This document shows, piece by piece, positions 52,176-64,000 of a stretch of 64,000 nucleotides of DNA. The position numbers and the translations under genes are program-made. Numbering within the stretch: the stretch's first letter is position 1; each line of letters starts with the position of its first letter. The stretch comes from Octopus vulgaris. Its lineage: Eukaryota. The notes beneath the pieces are model-generated. The model did no database searches. It worked only from the letters and a program-made list of their open reading frames with translations, and was not told where the DNA came from. The DNA lies in NCBI GenBank assembly GCA_951406725.2, contig OX597820.1, positions 72,850,001 to 72,914,000 on the forward strand, in the 5' to 3' direction.

Positions 52176-52850
52176 TCCATCCATCCATCCATCCGTTTTC
52201 CCTGCCTACTTTTCTTGGAAGAGTCGTAGTAAGGGAGTCCTTATGCACGTTATCCATATGGTCCTGTCAGAAGCAACCGTTAGTATACTTTTCGGCCAGA
52301 TTCCTAAGCGCGACTAATTGAGACTATGGATATAGTTTAGCCATCTCGCTCGTAGTCTACCCCTAGATCTCCTGCCAGTTAATTTGGTTTGAAGAATCCG
52401 CCTTGCGATTCTTAACTGCGACGTTCTCATCATATGTCAGTAGTACCGGAGTTTTTACCTCTCAATCCGGAGAAGTAACATCCTCGGCCTGGAGAGATAC
52501 TGTGATATCCGAACTACACATCCCGTCGAATACCGTTGCTCCAGAGATCCTTTTGAGAAATCCCATTTTAGCTGCTTGTATTCGCGATCGTACTCCCTCG
52601 ATCATAACCCAATATTCACGACCATAGATGAGGATAGGCACGAAAGTCGAATTGAAGATGGTTTTCTATTCTTTGTTTTTTTAACAATCTCTTCCCTTTT
52701 ATCAATTTTTACCAATCTCTTCTCTTCTGAGGAGCGAAGAGATGAAACCTAGAGTATTACTATCCCAGTACCTGCAATTCTAGCGTCCGATTCGTCCTCC
52801 TGCTTCCCATCACTTGCGAATACAGCCCTAAGGTGCTTCATTTGTTTAAT
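52176..52850 (-). mobile_element. RTE-clade (Rex3/Expander-like) LINE 3' fragment with (GATG)n tail
   Basis: Minus translation IFNSTFVPILIYGREYWVM..RSRIQAAKMGFLKRISG...RRSRGRLRARWLNYI; (ccat)n at 52177-52194. Confidence 0.8.
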
Positions 52851-52963
52851 TTAAGGTGCAGAGTGCAAACCATGCTGGCATGCCTTTAACCTTATTTTCT
52901 GCTCGATTACAACGGAATTGGTGTTACACAACAACCATGACTTTTAATTTCTTCATATCTTAA

Positions 52964-53609
52964 CCCATTAAGTCCCACTGTCCTATAAATAGGACACTAA
53001 ATGAGAACATTAAATAAGCTATATCACATTGTCTCAGTGTCCTATTTATAGGACACCGAATATTTCGATTTCTACTTGAAGTAAAGGAGTTTTAAAAATT
53101 ATTTTTTTTCATTTTAACCTCTTTCAATCATCTGTAAAAATTTTAAAGTAATATTCAGAAATATAAGTACTGTGCAGGAGTGGCTGTGTGGTAAGTAGCT
53201 TGCCTACCAACCACATGGTTCTGGGTTCAGTCCCACTGCGTGGCATCTTGGGCAAGTGTCTTCTGCTATAGCCTCGGGCCGACCAATGCCTTGTGAGTGG
53301 ATTTGGTAGACGAAAACTGAAAGAAGCCTGTCGTATATATGTATATATATGTATGTATGCGTGTGTATATGTTTGTGTGTCTGTGTTTGTCCCTCTAGCA
53401 TTGCTTGACAACCGATGCTGGTGTGTTTACGTCCCCGTCACTTAGCGGTTCGGCAAAAGAGACCGATAGAATAAGTACTGGGCTTACAAAGAATAAGTCC
53501 CGGGGTTGATTTGCTCGACTAAAGGCGGTGCTCCAGCATGGCCGCAGTCAAATAACTGAAGCAAGTAAAAGAGTAAAAGAGTAAAAGAGTACTCTGGGAC
53601 TTAATGGAG
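52964..53609. mobile_element. piggyBac-like MITE interrupted by a SINE
   Basis: TTAA-cccattaagtccca ... tgggacttaatggag-TTAG; internal palindromes gtcctataaataggac and gtcctatttataggac. Confidence 0.6.
53172..53590 (+). mobile_element. SINE family 1 intact reference copy, (GTAAAAGA)n tail
   Basis: A box tggctgtgtgg, B box ggttcagtccc, ttgggcaagtg, internal microsatellite, tandem tail. Confidence 0.92.
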
Positions 53610-54597
53610 TTAGTAGGTGATATATCCCACAGCTTGTCGATTTTGGCTCACTTCATGTTTTGTTCCCCCTCCCTGCATCAGTATTTTCATTTTGCATCTT
53701 AATGCAGATCCTCATCTCTCCACATAATACATCAACTATTTTCAGCTTTTTCTCTGCCTGTCCGTTTGTCTGTCTGTTTGTCTGTCTGTCTCCCTCTCTC
53801 TCTTCTCTTTCACTTCCCTTCTCTCTCATAAATGATGTTATCTCTGGATAAATATCGCAGTAAATTTGCTTTTCGTGATGTAGTTATATTAATTACTATA
53901 CACGTATTGATTGATTGATTGATTCTAGTTTCAGCTTATGAGCTGTGGCCATGCTGGGGCACAACTTTAAAATATATTCACCGGATTCTACTAATAAGTT
54001 AGATATGACCTACGCTTCGGCTGCCTGAAATCTACCTCAGCTACACAATATGTTACACTGGCATTATACTTCCTCAACGCTTCTGCTTCGTTTCCTTAAA
54101 GTTAGTTCTGTTGGTGAGAAACAGTTCAGTGCAGCTCAGACTTCTAACGTAACTTCTACCTATTCATCAATCACCTCAATGTTTGTTTGGCTGTGATTGT
54201 GGAGAAAGACACTCAAGTAACTTGTGCTCGGTTTATACAACATATTTAAGCGTGCTATAAGCCTATAGATTATCTAAAGGAACGAAATGAACCAAGGTGA
54301 CTTTTAGAAGTCTCTCAGAAAATCTTAATTTTCTCTCCTTTTGGGGGAACAGTTAAATAATTGAGGGACTTTAAAGGTCAAAACACTGATAGTATTTGAT
54401 TTTACTATTCCAGCCTGGTGGAGTGTCCTGGTATGTCAAAATGTAACTTACCGGTTCGACAAATATGCATCGATAAAATATGTACTAGAATGAAATATTT
54501 ACTGGGGTCGATATGATCCTTTAACGCCGTTGAACTCGTGGCTACGGCATAACCGTACCTCGATAGCTAAAATAAGAGATAAGAGCCTTCGCTAATA

Positions 54598-55889
54598 CGA
54601 GGGGCGTTCAATAAGTAATGCCCCTGACCCACTTCCCATAGCAGTAGAGCAACGAAACTTGGCACAGTTATTAGTCTTTTTCTACATAGGAACTACCCAG
54701 AGTTACGCATTTCTCACATCGTTTGATGCAGCTCTGAAGACCGTTTTTGTAGAAGACCCCAGCTTGGTCCTCCAACCACGACGTGACTTCAGAAATCAAG
54801 GCTGCATCATCTGGGAAACGCTTTCCTTTCAAAAACAACTTCATGGCTGGGAAGAGGTGAAAATCAGAGGGTGCAAGGTCAGGAGAGTATGGGGGATGGG
54901 GGATGAGTTCATAGTTGCACGCCTGTGCTTCTGATCTGGCGACACGCGAGTTGTGAACCGGAGCGTTGTCCTGCAAGAGGAGGATGCCTTTGCTGATCTT
55001 GCCCCGCCTCTTGATTTTGATAGCTTCTCTTAATTTCCTCAAAAGTGAAGCATAATAGGCTCCTGTAATTGTGGCACCCTTTGCCAGGAAATCTGTCATC
55101 AGTACTCCGTCCTGGTCCCAGAAGACTGTGAGCATGACCTTGCCAGCAGAAGGCTGCACCCTTGCCTTCTTTGGAGGAGGTGAGTCACGGTGTGTCCACT
55201 GCATTGACTGGGCTTTGGTCTCTGGATCATAGTGATGGACCCAGGTTTCATCCTGTGTAATCAGTCTTTTGAAAAATTTTGACTCATCTTCTTGGCACAT
55301 CTCCAAATTCATCCTCGAGTAATCGACACGTTCTTGCTTCTGGAAAGATGTGAGCAACCTGGGAATCCATCTGGCAGACACCTTTTGCATATGCAAATGG
55401 TCATGAATGATAGTTTCCACAGACCCGGTACTAATATTGACCTCATGGGCTATTTGGCGAATAGTTATGCGTCGATCTTCCAAAATGGCAGCCTCAACAT
55501 GACGGACAGATGCCTCATCAATGGCAGAAGGGGGCGACCAGATCTGGGAGCTGTTTCCACAGAGTTCCAACCATGTTTGAATTCACGATGCCAGCGTTTT
55601 ACAAAGTCATATGATGGGGCATCATCACCATAAGTTACTTTCATTTCATCAAAAGTCTCCCGTGGTATGCGTCCTTTCAAATACAAAAACTGGATCACTG
55701 CTCGACACTCAACAGGCTCCATTTCACACTTAACTCAGTTCAAACACTTGTAAATCAGAAACCACAATTAGTCCAGAGCTGTAATTTGTCACTTAATCTA
55801 TAAAGATATAAATAATTGTACATGCAAAATTTCAGCTAGATCAAATAACTGCAAGTGGGTCAGAAGCATTACTTATTGAACGCCCCTCG
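54598..55889 (-). mobile_element. Mariner transposon, 1292 bp, full length
   Basis: 37-bp TIRs cgaggggcgttcaataagtaatgc(cc/tt)ctgacccactt with TA on both sides. Confidence 0.95.
54671..55722 (-). CDS. Mariner DD34D transposase, one frameshift near 55530
   Basis: ATG 55722; PRSGRP; WIPRLL; ITQDETW; LLQDNAPVH; YSPDLAPSDFHLF. Confidence 0.92.
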
Positions 55890-57204
55890 TAAGTCAACCA
55901 ATCTACTCGTCATTTTTGTGCTAGGAACAAAAAGAAGCAGATTCATTTAAGCAACAAATACACACACACACATGCGTGCGCACATACGCAGGTACGCATG
56001 CATACACACGCGGGCATGCTCATGCACACACACATACACACACACACACACACACACAGGCACGCACAAGCGCGCGCAGACAGGCAGGCAGGCACACTAT
56101 TTTGTCTGTTGACATTCAGATATTTTTTCTTACAGAATTTTAAGCGACATCCTTATACTTTGTATAATGTCGTATTTAACATTTTCGAGTGTATTTGGAC
56201 GTGATAAGGCCTTTCGCTGCAGAAATAGTGCCGGGAAAAAATTCCACGCCTAGACTTCTTTGAAAACACATTTGGGGGAAGACGTGCTATGACATCACAG
56301 TATCATAAGATGCAGAAATGCAGTTGAAGGTTCTTATCCCGTCCGAATACACTGGAACGCGTTAAACATAACTCTACACGAATATAGTTTATTCAACGCT
56401 GCTTCGTGTGACAGTATTTGCATATTTCTTTTCTTTTTTCTGTTTTAACGTAGAATTAGCAGTAGCCTACATCTTCAAATGGCTTAAGATAAAGTTTAGA
56501 AACACAAACTTAATTGAATGAAAAAGTCGCAAAATTTCATTAAATAGTACATGAGTATACGCACATGAGTATACGCATATGTGAGTATACGCACATTTAT
56601 GTTGATCCATATATCACTTTCCCAACATTCCTCACTCACTGTCAGAGCAATTTCTCATTCCACGTCTCGTCTCATATATCTCATCCACTGTAGACATTTA
56701 ATTCCTGCTTTTCAGAGATATCTAACAATATACCACCTCTCACTCCCTCAATCGTTCAGACAACTTTTATTGGGTACATTTATTTATTTATTCTTTTAGC
56801 CTTCCGGCATCAATTGTTCTACTTTTACATAAATTGCTATCTATATCTTGGCCCTAAATAAAAGCTCAAGAAACATTTGTAAGTCCATAACGAAGCATCC
56901 ATCTTTCAAATTCGGTTACAACACATCATGGAAAAAAAAATCATTATGCTTTGAAACTGAAGCTTTTTGATGTTCCCTCGAACACAAGCTTTTATATGTA
57001 AGTCATTTTCTTACATATTTTGACATATATTTTATGTATTTTTCCTACGAATGGAGCTCGTCTTAAAAATAAACAGAAAAGACAAAAATTCAGCAAACTA
57101 TGAATCAGCTCTTCCGTTTGTAAATAAATTCCCTGACACATAAAAATATACGTTCTCTCTCTCTCTTTTCTCTCATCCTTTCTCCCCACTCACACACACT
57201 ACAC

Positions 57205-57284
<80 letters not shown>

Positions 57285-58350
57285 CACGGGCATATATACA
57301 GATGCAGTCATTTACCCACGTATAAGCACATTTCACAACGTCAACAAATAGTGCCCACCCTGTTGCGAATATTCTCGAACCAGGAATCTCATTCGAGATT
57401 AACTCCGATATTCTAGAATGCCGCTCCCTACTGTCGGAACCCAGGAATCATGGTGTCTTCCTCCCATAGCTTGCCATTTCCACCATTATCGAAATATTCT
57501 GAAAGAAGGTCAGAGCGTACGAATAAACACTTTGCAGTAATTGTTTGGTCGTTTTTTACCCCAAGTTCAAACTCTGCCGATAGAAAAAAAGTAGCAGCCT
57601 AGAGTTCAACGCAATGAAATGGTAGACTTATTAAAATCTCACATCTTCAGAATACACTCCAGCTTTTGCGTTCTCAGTTCTTGGGCGGTCGATTTATTCA
57701 GTAATTCGGTTCAACATTATTACCGGATTTTGGGTACCTTCAGAGAACTTCCCTCTGTTTGTAAGCATTCAGACTCAACATTTCGAGAGCGTTGTTTTCT
57801 GTCTCCTGGTCAGGGTGACACGCAGTGGCAATGGCTCCTCACAGGTCTTCTGAGACTTGTAGAAGGAAGAGAGTCTAGATCCGAATGCTTGCAACAGTTC
57901 GAACTCTGCTAAAGGCACCCAAAGGGCCTGATGGTTGTGTAACACATGATGATGTATTAAGTCTATCACCAAAGCAGACTATGGCAGGATTTGAATATAG
58001 AACACGAAGAGCTAAGACAGTTACAATCTGATTTTAAGGTAATTTTATCCCTTTATCTCGTTAGTCTTAGACGCCTTAACAAAAAGTAAAAGTAAATAAA
58101 GGGTCTTGAACGTTGCCTTTCTCTCCCTAAGTAAACGATGACATTTGGGCTCTGCCATTCGTGCTAGAACTCAAAATATATGCTTCGGAATACAGCGTTA
58201 TTCGAGAACAGCGTGTAAATATGAAATTAAATGAATGCTCCGAGGAAGTAGTAAGGTGACGCACAAGCACTCAGGTCTGGATGCACTGTATGTTTTAGCA
58301 GAAACAGCTGCAAGCTAAGGTATTTAAATGCATGTTCTACTATTTCACAA

Positions 58351-58383
<33 letters not shown>

Positions 58384-58402
58384 TACGTACATACACACAC
58401 AG

Positions 58403-58437
<35 letters not shown>

Positions 58438-58461
58438 TCATATATGTATACAACACACACT

Positions 58462-58494
<33 letters not shown>

Positions 58495-58899
58495 CCCATA
58501 GCACAGATACACACACACTCACACACACACACAAACAAACTCATTCACGCGTGACAACACGCTCACACTTACATAACGTATTCCTACAATCTCTTAACCC
58601 ATCACACATGCATCTCGCCTATTTTCCTTAACTGTCACTTCTTTTGACAGTAAATCACCATTCTACACACTTCCGCTCTACCAACCTCCCTTCTACTGTT
58701 CATTATGTGTATTTTCACCAGAATTGACGCTGTTTTGCTTTGTTTTATTTATTTATTTATTTATTTATTTCCTTTTTATTTATTTATTCATTTTGCATTC
58801 TTTTCCCACAATCCTTTATTTCTCTTTTCTATTCCCAACAGAAGGCTCTTGACTGGAACCTTCAGGTTTTTCCCCGTTCCTCCCTCGCACCCTAATAGT

Positions 58900-59150
58900 A
58901 ATCCTTTCTACTATAGGCAGAAGGCCTGAATTTTTTTTTGGTGGGGTGGGGGTGGAGTCGATTAGATCGACCCCAGTTCGCAACTGGTACTTAATTTATC
59001 GACCGCGAAAGGATGAAAGGCAAAGTCGACTGCGATGGTATTTGAACTCAGAACGTAAAGACGGACGAAATGCCGCTAAGCATTTTGCTCGGCGTGCTCA
59101 CGATTCTGCCAGCTCACCGCCTTAACAACAACATCATCATCATCATCAGC

Positions 59151-59198
<48 letters not shown>

Positions 59199-59398
59199 TC
59201 TTTCTATTAAAGACACAAATCCCGAAATTTTGGGGTTGGAGACTAGTCGATTACATCGACCCCAGTATTTCCCTGGTACTTAATTTATCGACCCCGAAAG
59301 GATGAAAGTAAGGTCGAACTCGGTGGTATTTGAACTCAGAACATAAAGACGGATGAAATGCTGCTAAGCGTGGTAACAATTCTGCCAGCTCACCGCCG
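58900..59398 (-). mobile_element. Two SINE family 2 monomers separated by (CAA)n
   Basis: About 58900-59122 and 59200-59398, each with head and standard tail. Confidence 0.82.
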
Positions 59399-59409
59399 TA
59401 AATAATATT

Positions 59410-59700
59410 GTTTGTTCCTTCTCGAGCCACGCCTGGCTCATAAGGGCCGTTTGACTGGTTTCCTTGGCGTATAGGTTCCCCACCTGTCCGTCGCAGGTGA
59501 GCTGTTAAATGCAGGAGGAAAGAGTGAGAGAAAGTTGTGGCGAAAGAGTCAGCAGAAGTTCGCCATTACCTTCTGCCGGAGCCGCGTGGAGCTTAGATGT
59601 TTCGCTCATAAACACACACATCGCCCGGTCTGAGATTCGAACTCGCAATCCCTCGACCGTGAGTCCGCTGCTCTAACCACTAGGACATGTGTCTCCACAA
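59410..59700 (-). mobile_element. tRNA-derived SINE with 10-bp TSD
   Basis: Reverse complement head ...cctagtggttagagcagcggactcacggtcgagggattgcgagttcgaatctc; TSD aaataatatt at 59400-59409 and 59701-59710. Confidence 0.82.
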
Positions 59701-59744
59701 AAATAATATTATTAATAATAATAAATTGGTAATAAATTATTTTT

Positions 59745-59930
59745 GTACTATAAACACAAGGCCTGACTTATAAGGGAGTGGGGCTAGTGGATTGCCTCGA
59801 CTTCAGTGCACAAGTGGTACTTATTTTATCGACCCGTGGGAGGATGAAAGGCAAAGTCGACCTCGGTGACATTTGAATTCAGAGCGTGAAGCCGGAAGCA
59901 ACATCGTCAAGCATTTTGTCCAGCCGCCAT
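59745..59930 (-). mobile_element. SINE family 2 monomer, degenerate
   Basis: cacaaggcctg...ggatgaaaggcaaagtcgacctcgg. Confidence 0.7.
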
Positions 59931-60971
59931 TTCTCGCAACTTAATTATATATTTTGCACTTTTGTTCACTAATCTATTTTTTTTCTCGTGACTTCACTTG
60001 CACATTCTAGTATCACGCCAACGCAGACAACGTAGATTGCTACGACATTTATGTTATTATGCATCTAATAAGGAACACGACTGTTTATTTCTCTGCCTTG
60101 TTATTGGAACTGCATCGCCTTCTGCACCGCTCCACAAACAATTCGGTGCTGCAGTTTTTCGTCCACTCGTCAACTTTACTTTCTTTCACAGCTCAAAACA
60201 ATAGGAAATTCTTTGCTCATTCCTCTCCATCAACAATTACTTCCTTCTGAAATTCCCATCCTGATCACATGCACTTTTGTTGCTGCTGTTGCTGCTGCTG
60301 CTATTATTGTTTAATTCAAATGGTTCTGAAAGAGCAGATATATGATCAAAGGCCATGGTCCATGACAGAGTTTCACTGTCCAAAGCGTTCATTTGAGATG
60401 TATTTGGTTATTATTTCTAGCGGACTGAATACTTTCTTACTTAATCCTCTCACTCCCTATAGAGCATAATTTATCAACGGCTTTTCTTGAATGTTCTCAA
60501 CTCTACATTATAAGGCCTTCATCTCTCAGATCTTGCTGATTTCGATTTGTCATCGATGCTTCTGTAACTTTACTGTTTTTTTTTTATATATATATAAGAT
60601 AGGAGTTTTAGCCTCCGGCAAACCATTTTTGCCTCTAGGAAGAAGTTGTCCACATTAGTCTGACCTCTATCCTTTCACCTGTCTAACATGGGAGGTCTTA
60701 ACAGGAGCTTGCGATCCAATGGCATAACTCTCAGAGTCATTAACACATACACACACACACACACACAAGTGCCACATCTCAAGAAGGTCTAGATGAGTGT
60801 TAACGTAGAACTCTAATTGCTGGTTCGTCACTGTCCACGGTTCCCTTACAAGAATCAAGCTAAAGATATTAGAGCCAAGTCAGAGATATCGTACTTCATA
60901 AATGAAAACCGTGGAGAATCAAATTAAATCTTAAGCGGAAAAAAGAAGTGATTAATATTAATTTAACTTAA

Positions 60972-61175
60972 GGCGGCGAGCTGGCAGAATCGTGGGCACA
61001 CAGGGCAAAATGCTTAGCAGCATTTCGTCCGTCTTTACGTTCAAATTCCGCTGAAGTCAACTTTGCTTTTCATCCTTTCAGGGTCGATTACATTTGTATC
61101 AGATAAGCATTGCGATTGTTGTAATCGACTTACCCCTCCCTGGAACTTACTGGCCTTGTGTCAAAATTCGAAAAC
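60972..61175 (+). mobile_element. SINE family 2 monomer
   Basis: ggcggcgagctggcagaatcg...ctttcatcctttcagggtcgat...tggccttgtg. Confidence 0.78.
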
Positions 61176-61630
61176 AATATTAATTTGGTATGATTTTGTT
61201 ATATAAGGATAGTTACTCTGGGCATATTTCGCTTGTATTAGATCTCCTCAGCGCAGAACCTTCTCAGTATATGATAAGAGAATTGCCGTATTGATGTCTG
61301 TTACAGTACAAGAAGCAACGAAACGAACATCAGCTGCATAAACCGCTTTCATCTTCGAAGATTAAATGCGCCGTCTGTACAGAGCTTCACACAAGCTAAT
61401 CATTCTTATGGAAATAACTGGGCGTTTGTCCGTATGCTATGAAACTTAGTATTTAGAAGTAAATGACTTTAATAACATGTTGGCTCCTTAACAACTATTC
61501 AATCGCTTGTAAACTCCTATCGTATATTAAGTAGAAGTTTTGTTTGTTAGCCAGAGAAGATGGTAGATCATTAAAAAAGATTGACTCTGACACATACGTA
61601 GATAAGGAGAAAGATAGATACGCAGAAAAA

Positions 61631-61667
<37 letters not shown>

Positions 61668-61885
61668 CACACATACATACATACATACATACATACATAC
61701 ATACATACACACACCGAAATGTGGAGTAGATAAATAGCCGACAACTATGAAGGGTCGTTCTTTTGTTACTTGTCTTGTTTTCTGTTTCTTTCTTTCATTG
61801 TTCGCATAAAAAAGTTAGTTTTCGTATTCCATGTTTACAGTTTGTGTCGTCCTGTACCATATATATATATATATATATATATATA

Positions 61886-62835
61886 CAGTTGCGGCCAAAA
61901 TGTTCAGAAAGGCATTGTTTTCGTCACAAAAGTAGGTATAAGTTTTTATCAAAGTTGTTTTATATTCTATAATTTTCACAGACAATAAATACGATATTAT
62001 TTGTTATTGTCTGAGATTTTGGTGTAATTAGAGAGGATAATAAAAAAGTTATGGATGATTTAGTGATTTACTGCAAAACCCATGGCGGCCAAAATGATCA
62101 GAACGGTTGCTTTTACTCCATGTTTTAGTATATTTAACCGTCGAACTCTAATGTTTTGAATTTGTTTACGTGACAGTTCGTTTACTAAACATTAGTAAGA
62201 ATATCTGCAGTGTACTTTGTTAATATAATGCCACTTACTCCGTTACCAATTCGTCAGCAGATTATTAAGCTCCGAAAGAAGGATAATTTAAGTATTAGGT
62301 CTATTGCAAAGATTGTTAACAAGTCAAAAAGTGTTGTTCATAGTATTCTTAAGGTCTACGATGATTGTGGTTCGTGTGAAGCAAGAAAGTCTACAGGTAG
62401 GCCAAGAAAAACGACCAAGAGAGAAGATCGTGCTATGGTAAAGTTGGTTAAAAAGGACAGATTTAAAACTGCTGCTGCTGTTTTTCAGGAAATGAGCATT
62501 GTACTGAAGAAAACTTTATCTCGAAAAACTGTGTCCCGTCCTTTAGTTGAACATGACCTGCAAGCAAAAGCACCTGCAGTGAAGCCACTGATCAGCTCCA
62601 AGAATAAAAAGTGTCGTCTTACCTTTGCAACCGAACATTTGTTGTGGTCTCAAGAAAAATGGCAAACGGTGCATTTCAGTGATGAATCTAAGTCCATTTT
62701 ATTTGGCTCAGATGGGAAAAGGTACGTTCGTCGAAAAGCAGGTGAAAAATTGTCACCTAAATGCCTTAAGACTAGTGTTAAATTCGGTGGAGGAAGTGTC
62801 ATGGTTTGGGGGATGATATCTGGAGATGTTGTGGG
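61886..62835 (+). mobile_element. 3'-truncated Tc1-family transposon with IR/DR-type left end
   Basis: TA|CAGTTGCGGCCAAAA terminus; inner direct repeat gcggccaaaatgatcagaacgg at 62085-62106. Confidence 0.85.
62228..62835 (+). pseudogene. Tc1 transposase N-terminal part
   Basis: LSIRSIAKIVNKSKSVV (HTH), GRPRKTT, WQTVHFSDESK, KFGGGSVMVWGMIS; then runs into SINE sequence. Confidence 0.88.
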
Positions 62836-62862
62836 CTCTGACTTAGCGGTTCGGCAAAAGAG

Positions 62863-62917
<55 letters not shown>

Positions 62918-62920
<3 letters not shown>

Positions 62921-63244
62921 TCTTACCCTTTACTTGTTTCAGTCATTTGACTGTGGCCATGCTGGAGCACCGCCTTTAGTCGAGCAAATCGATCCCAGGA
63001 CTTATTCTATCGGTCTCTTTTGCCGAACCGCTAAGTCACAGGCACGTAAACACATCAGCATCGGTTGTCAAGCGATGTTAGTGGGGGGACAAACACAGAC
63101 ATACAAACGTATACACACGCACATGCATACATACATACATACATACATACATACATACATACATACATACATACATACATACATACATACATACATACAT
63201 ACATACATGCATGCATACATACATGCATACATACATACATACAT

Positions 63245-63294
<50 letters not shown>

Positions 63295-63444
63295 GACGGG
63301 ATTCTTTCAGTTTCCGTCCTCCAAATCCATTCACAAGGTCGGCCGGAGGCTATAGTAGAAGACACTTGCCCAAGCTGCCACGCAGTAGGACTGAACCCGG
63401 AACCATGTGGTTGGTAAGCAAGCTACTTACCACACAGCCACTCC
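62918..63444 (-). mobile_element. SINE family 1 full copy with an exact empty target site
   Basis: agcaagctactt at 63417-63428 is the reverse complement of AAGTAGCTTGCT. Confidence 0.9.
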
Positions 63445-63739
63445 AACGCCAATATATACGAAACTCGTATAACAGATTTTGCTTCGGCTAAATATTAAAA
63501 AAATTAATACACACACACTGCATATTGATGATTGTACATAAACACTAAACACACACGCATGTACACACACATATACAATGCTTATACGTGTGTATGCGCG
63601 CGCGTACGCCTATGTGTTCGTATTCTGAGTGTTTCGGCTAAATAGGAAAATTTTTATGTTCCCCTTTTTCGGGAAGAGCTTCGTTTGTTGGTGAACAGAC
63701 AACGGCGCTGGAGAGCATAAAGATTAAAGTTGTAGTTGA

Positions 63740-63990
63740 GAACAAGTTAGCTGACAGAGAAGACTGGAAGTCATCTGAATATAAGGAAGGTACTTACTTG
63801 CATCAGATGATTCCCGCCGGGTATCAAAATGCCGACATCATGACTGCTGTTGAATGTTCTGTGAAGAGTGTAAAAGCTGTAAGACATGACATGAACAGCT
63901 GCAACGGAGATTACGAAGTCGTTGCCAGCAGGAAGAGACACAGCAGGCGTTCTGACTGCATCCACATGCTGGAGTTCATCTCCACATCTT
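63740..63990 (+). pseudogene. Possible DD37D/maT-like transposase N-terminal remnant
   Basis: QMIPAGYQNADIMTAVECSVKSVKAVRHDM...ASRKRHSRRSDCIHMLEFI resembles the HTH and linker of such transposases (from memory); no catalytic motif in the window. Confidence 0.4.
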
Positions 63991-64000
63991 TGAATAGGGT

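Noticed and set aside
59620-59698. tRNA gene on the minus strand
   Set aside because: A and B boxes are present but it continues into a SINE body bounded by a 10-bp TSD, and I see no clean acceptor stem.
62836-62950. C-terminal extension of the 246-aa Tc1 ORF
   Set aside because: Read-through into SINE and (TA)n sequence, not transposase.

Overview
AT-rich, microsatellite-dense, repeat-dominated animal genomic DNA. The SINE families and repeat landscape suggest a cephalopod, probably Octopus (inference). I can support no host protein-coding exon, and most track ORFs are microsatellite translations. The main structure is a 10.4-kb head-to-tail train (16505-26920) of four L1/Tx1-type non-LTR retroelements sitting at one 12-bp site (AAGTAGCTTGCT) inside the tRNA-derived head of a SINE, with that motif repeated at all five junctions. 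Three passengers are short ORF1-only elements from two highly divergent lineages; the fourth is a near-intact autonomous ORF1+ORF2 (APE-RT-zinc finger) element. All four end in a TGCC-N5-GGCA hairpin plus AATAAA with no poly(A) tail. A second, abundant SINE carries a 26-bp exact match to this LINE's 3' end plus an equivalent hairpin, and it occurs in tandem arrays joined at two fixed positions in its own head. Together this looks like a SINE-targeting Tx1 system with several tiers of non-autonomous clients. Separately, several hammerhead-ribozyme-like motifs lie in direct or inverted repeats beside (TA)n tracts (Penelope/retrozyme-like). The window also holds a near-intact mariner, Tc1 remnants, an R4/Dong fragment at a TAA-type microsatellite, an RTE fragment, hAT/piggyBac MITEs and a non-autonomous Helitron. 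Novelty could not be checked against databases.
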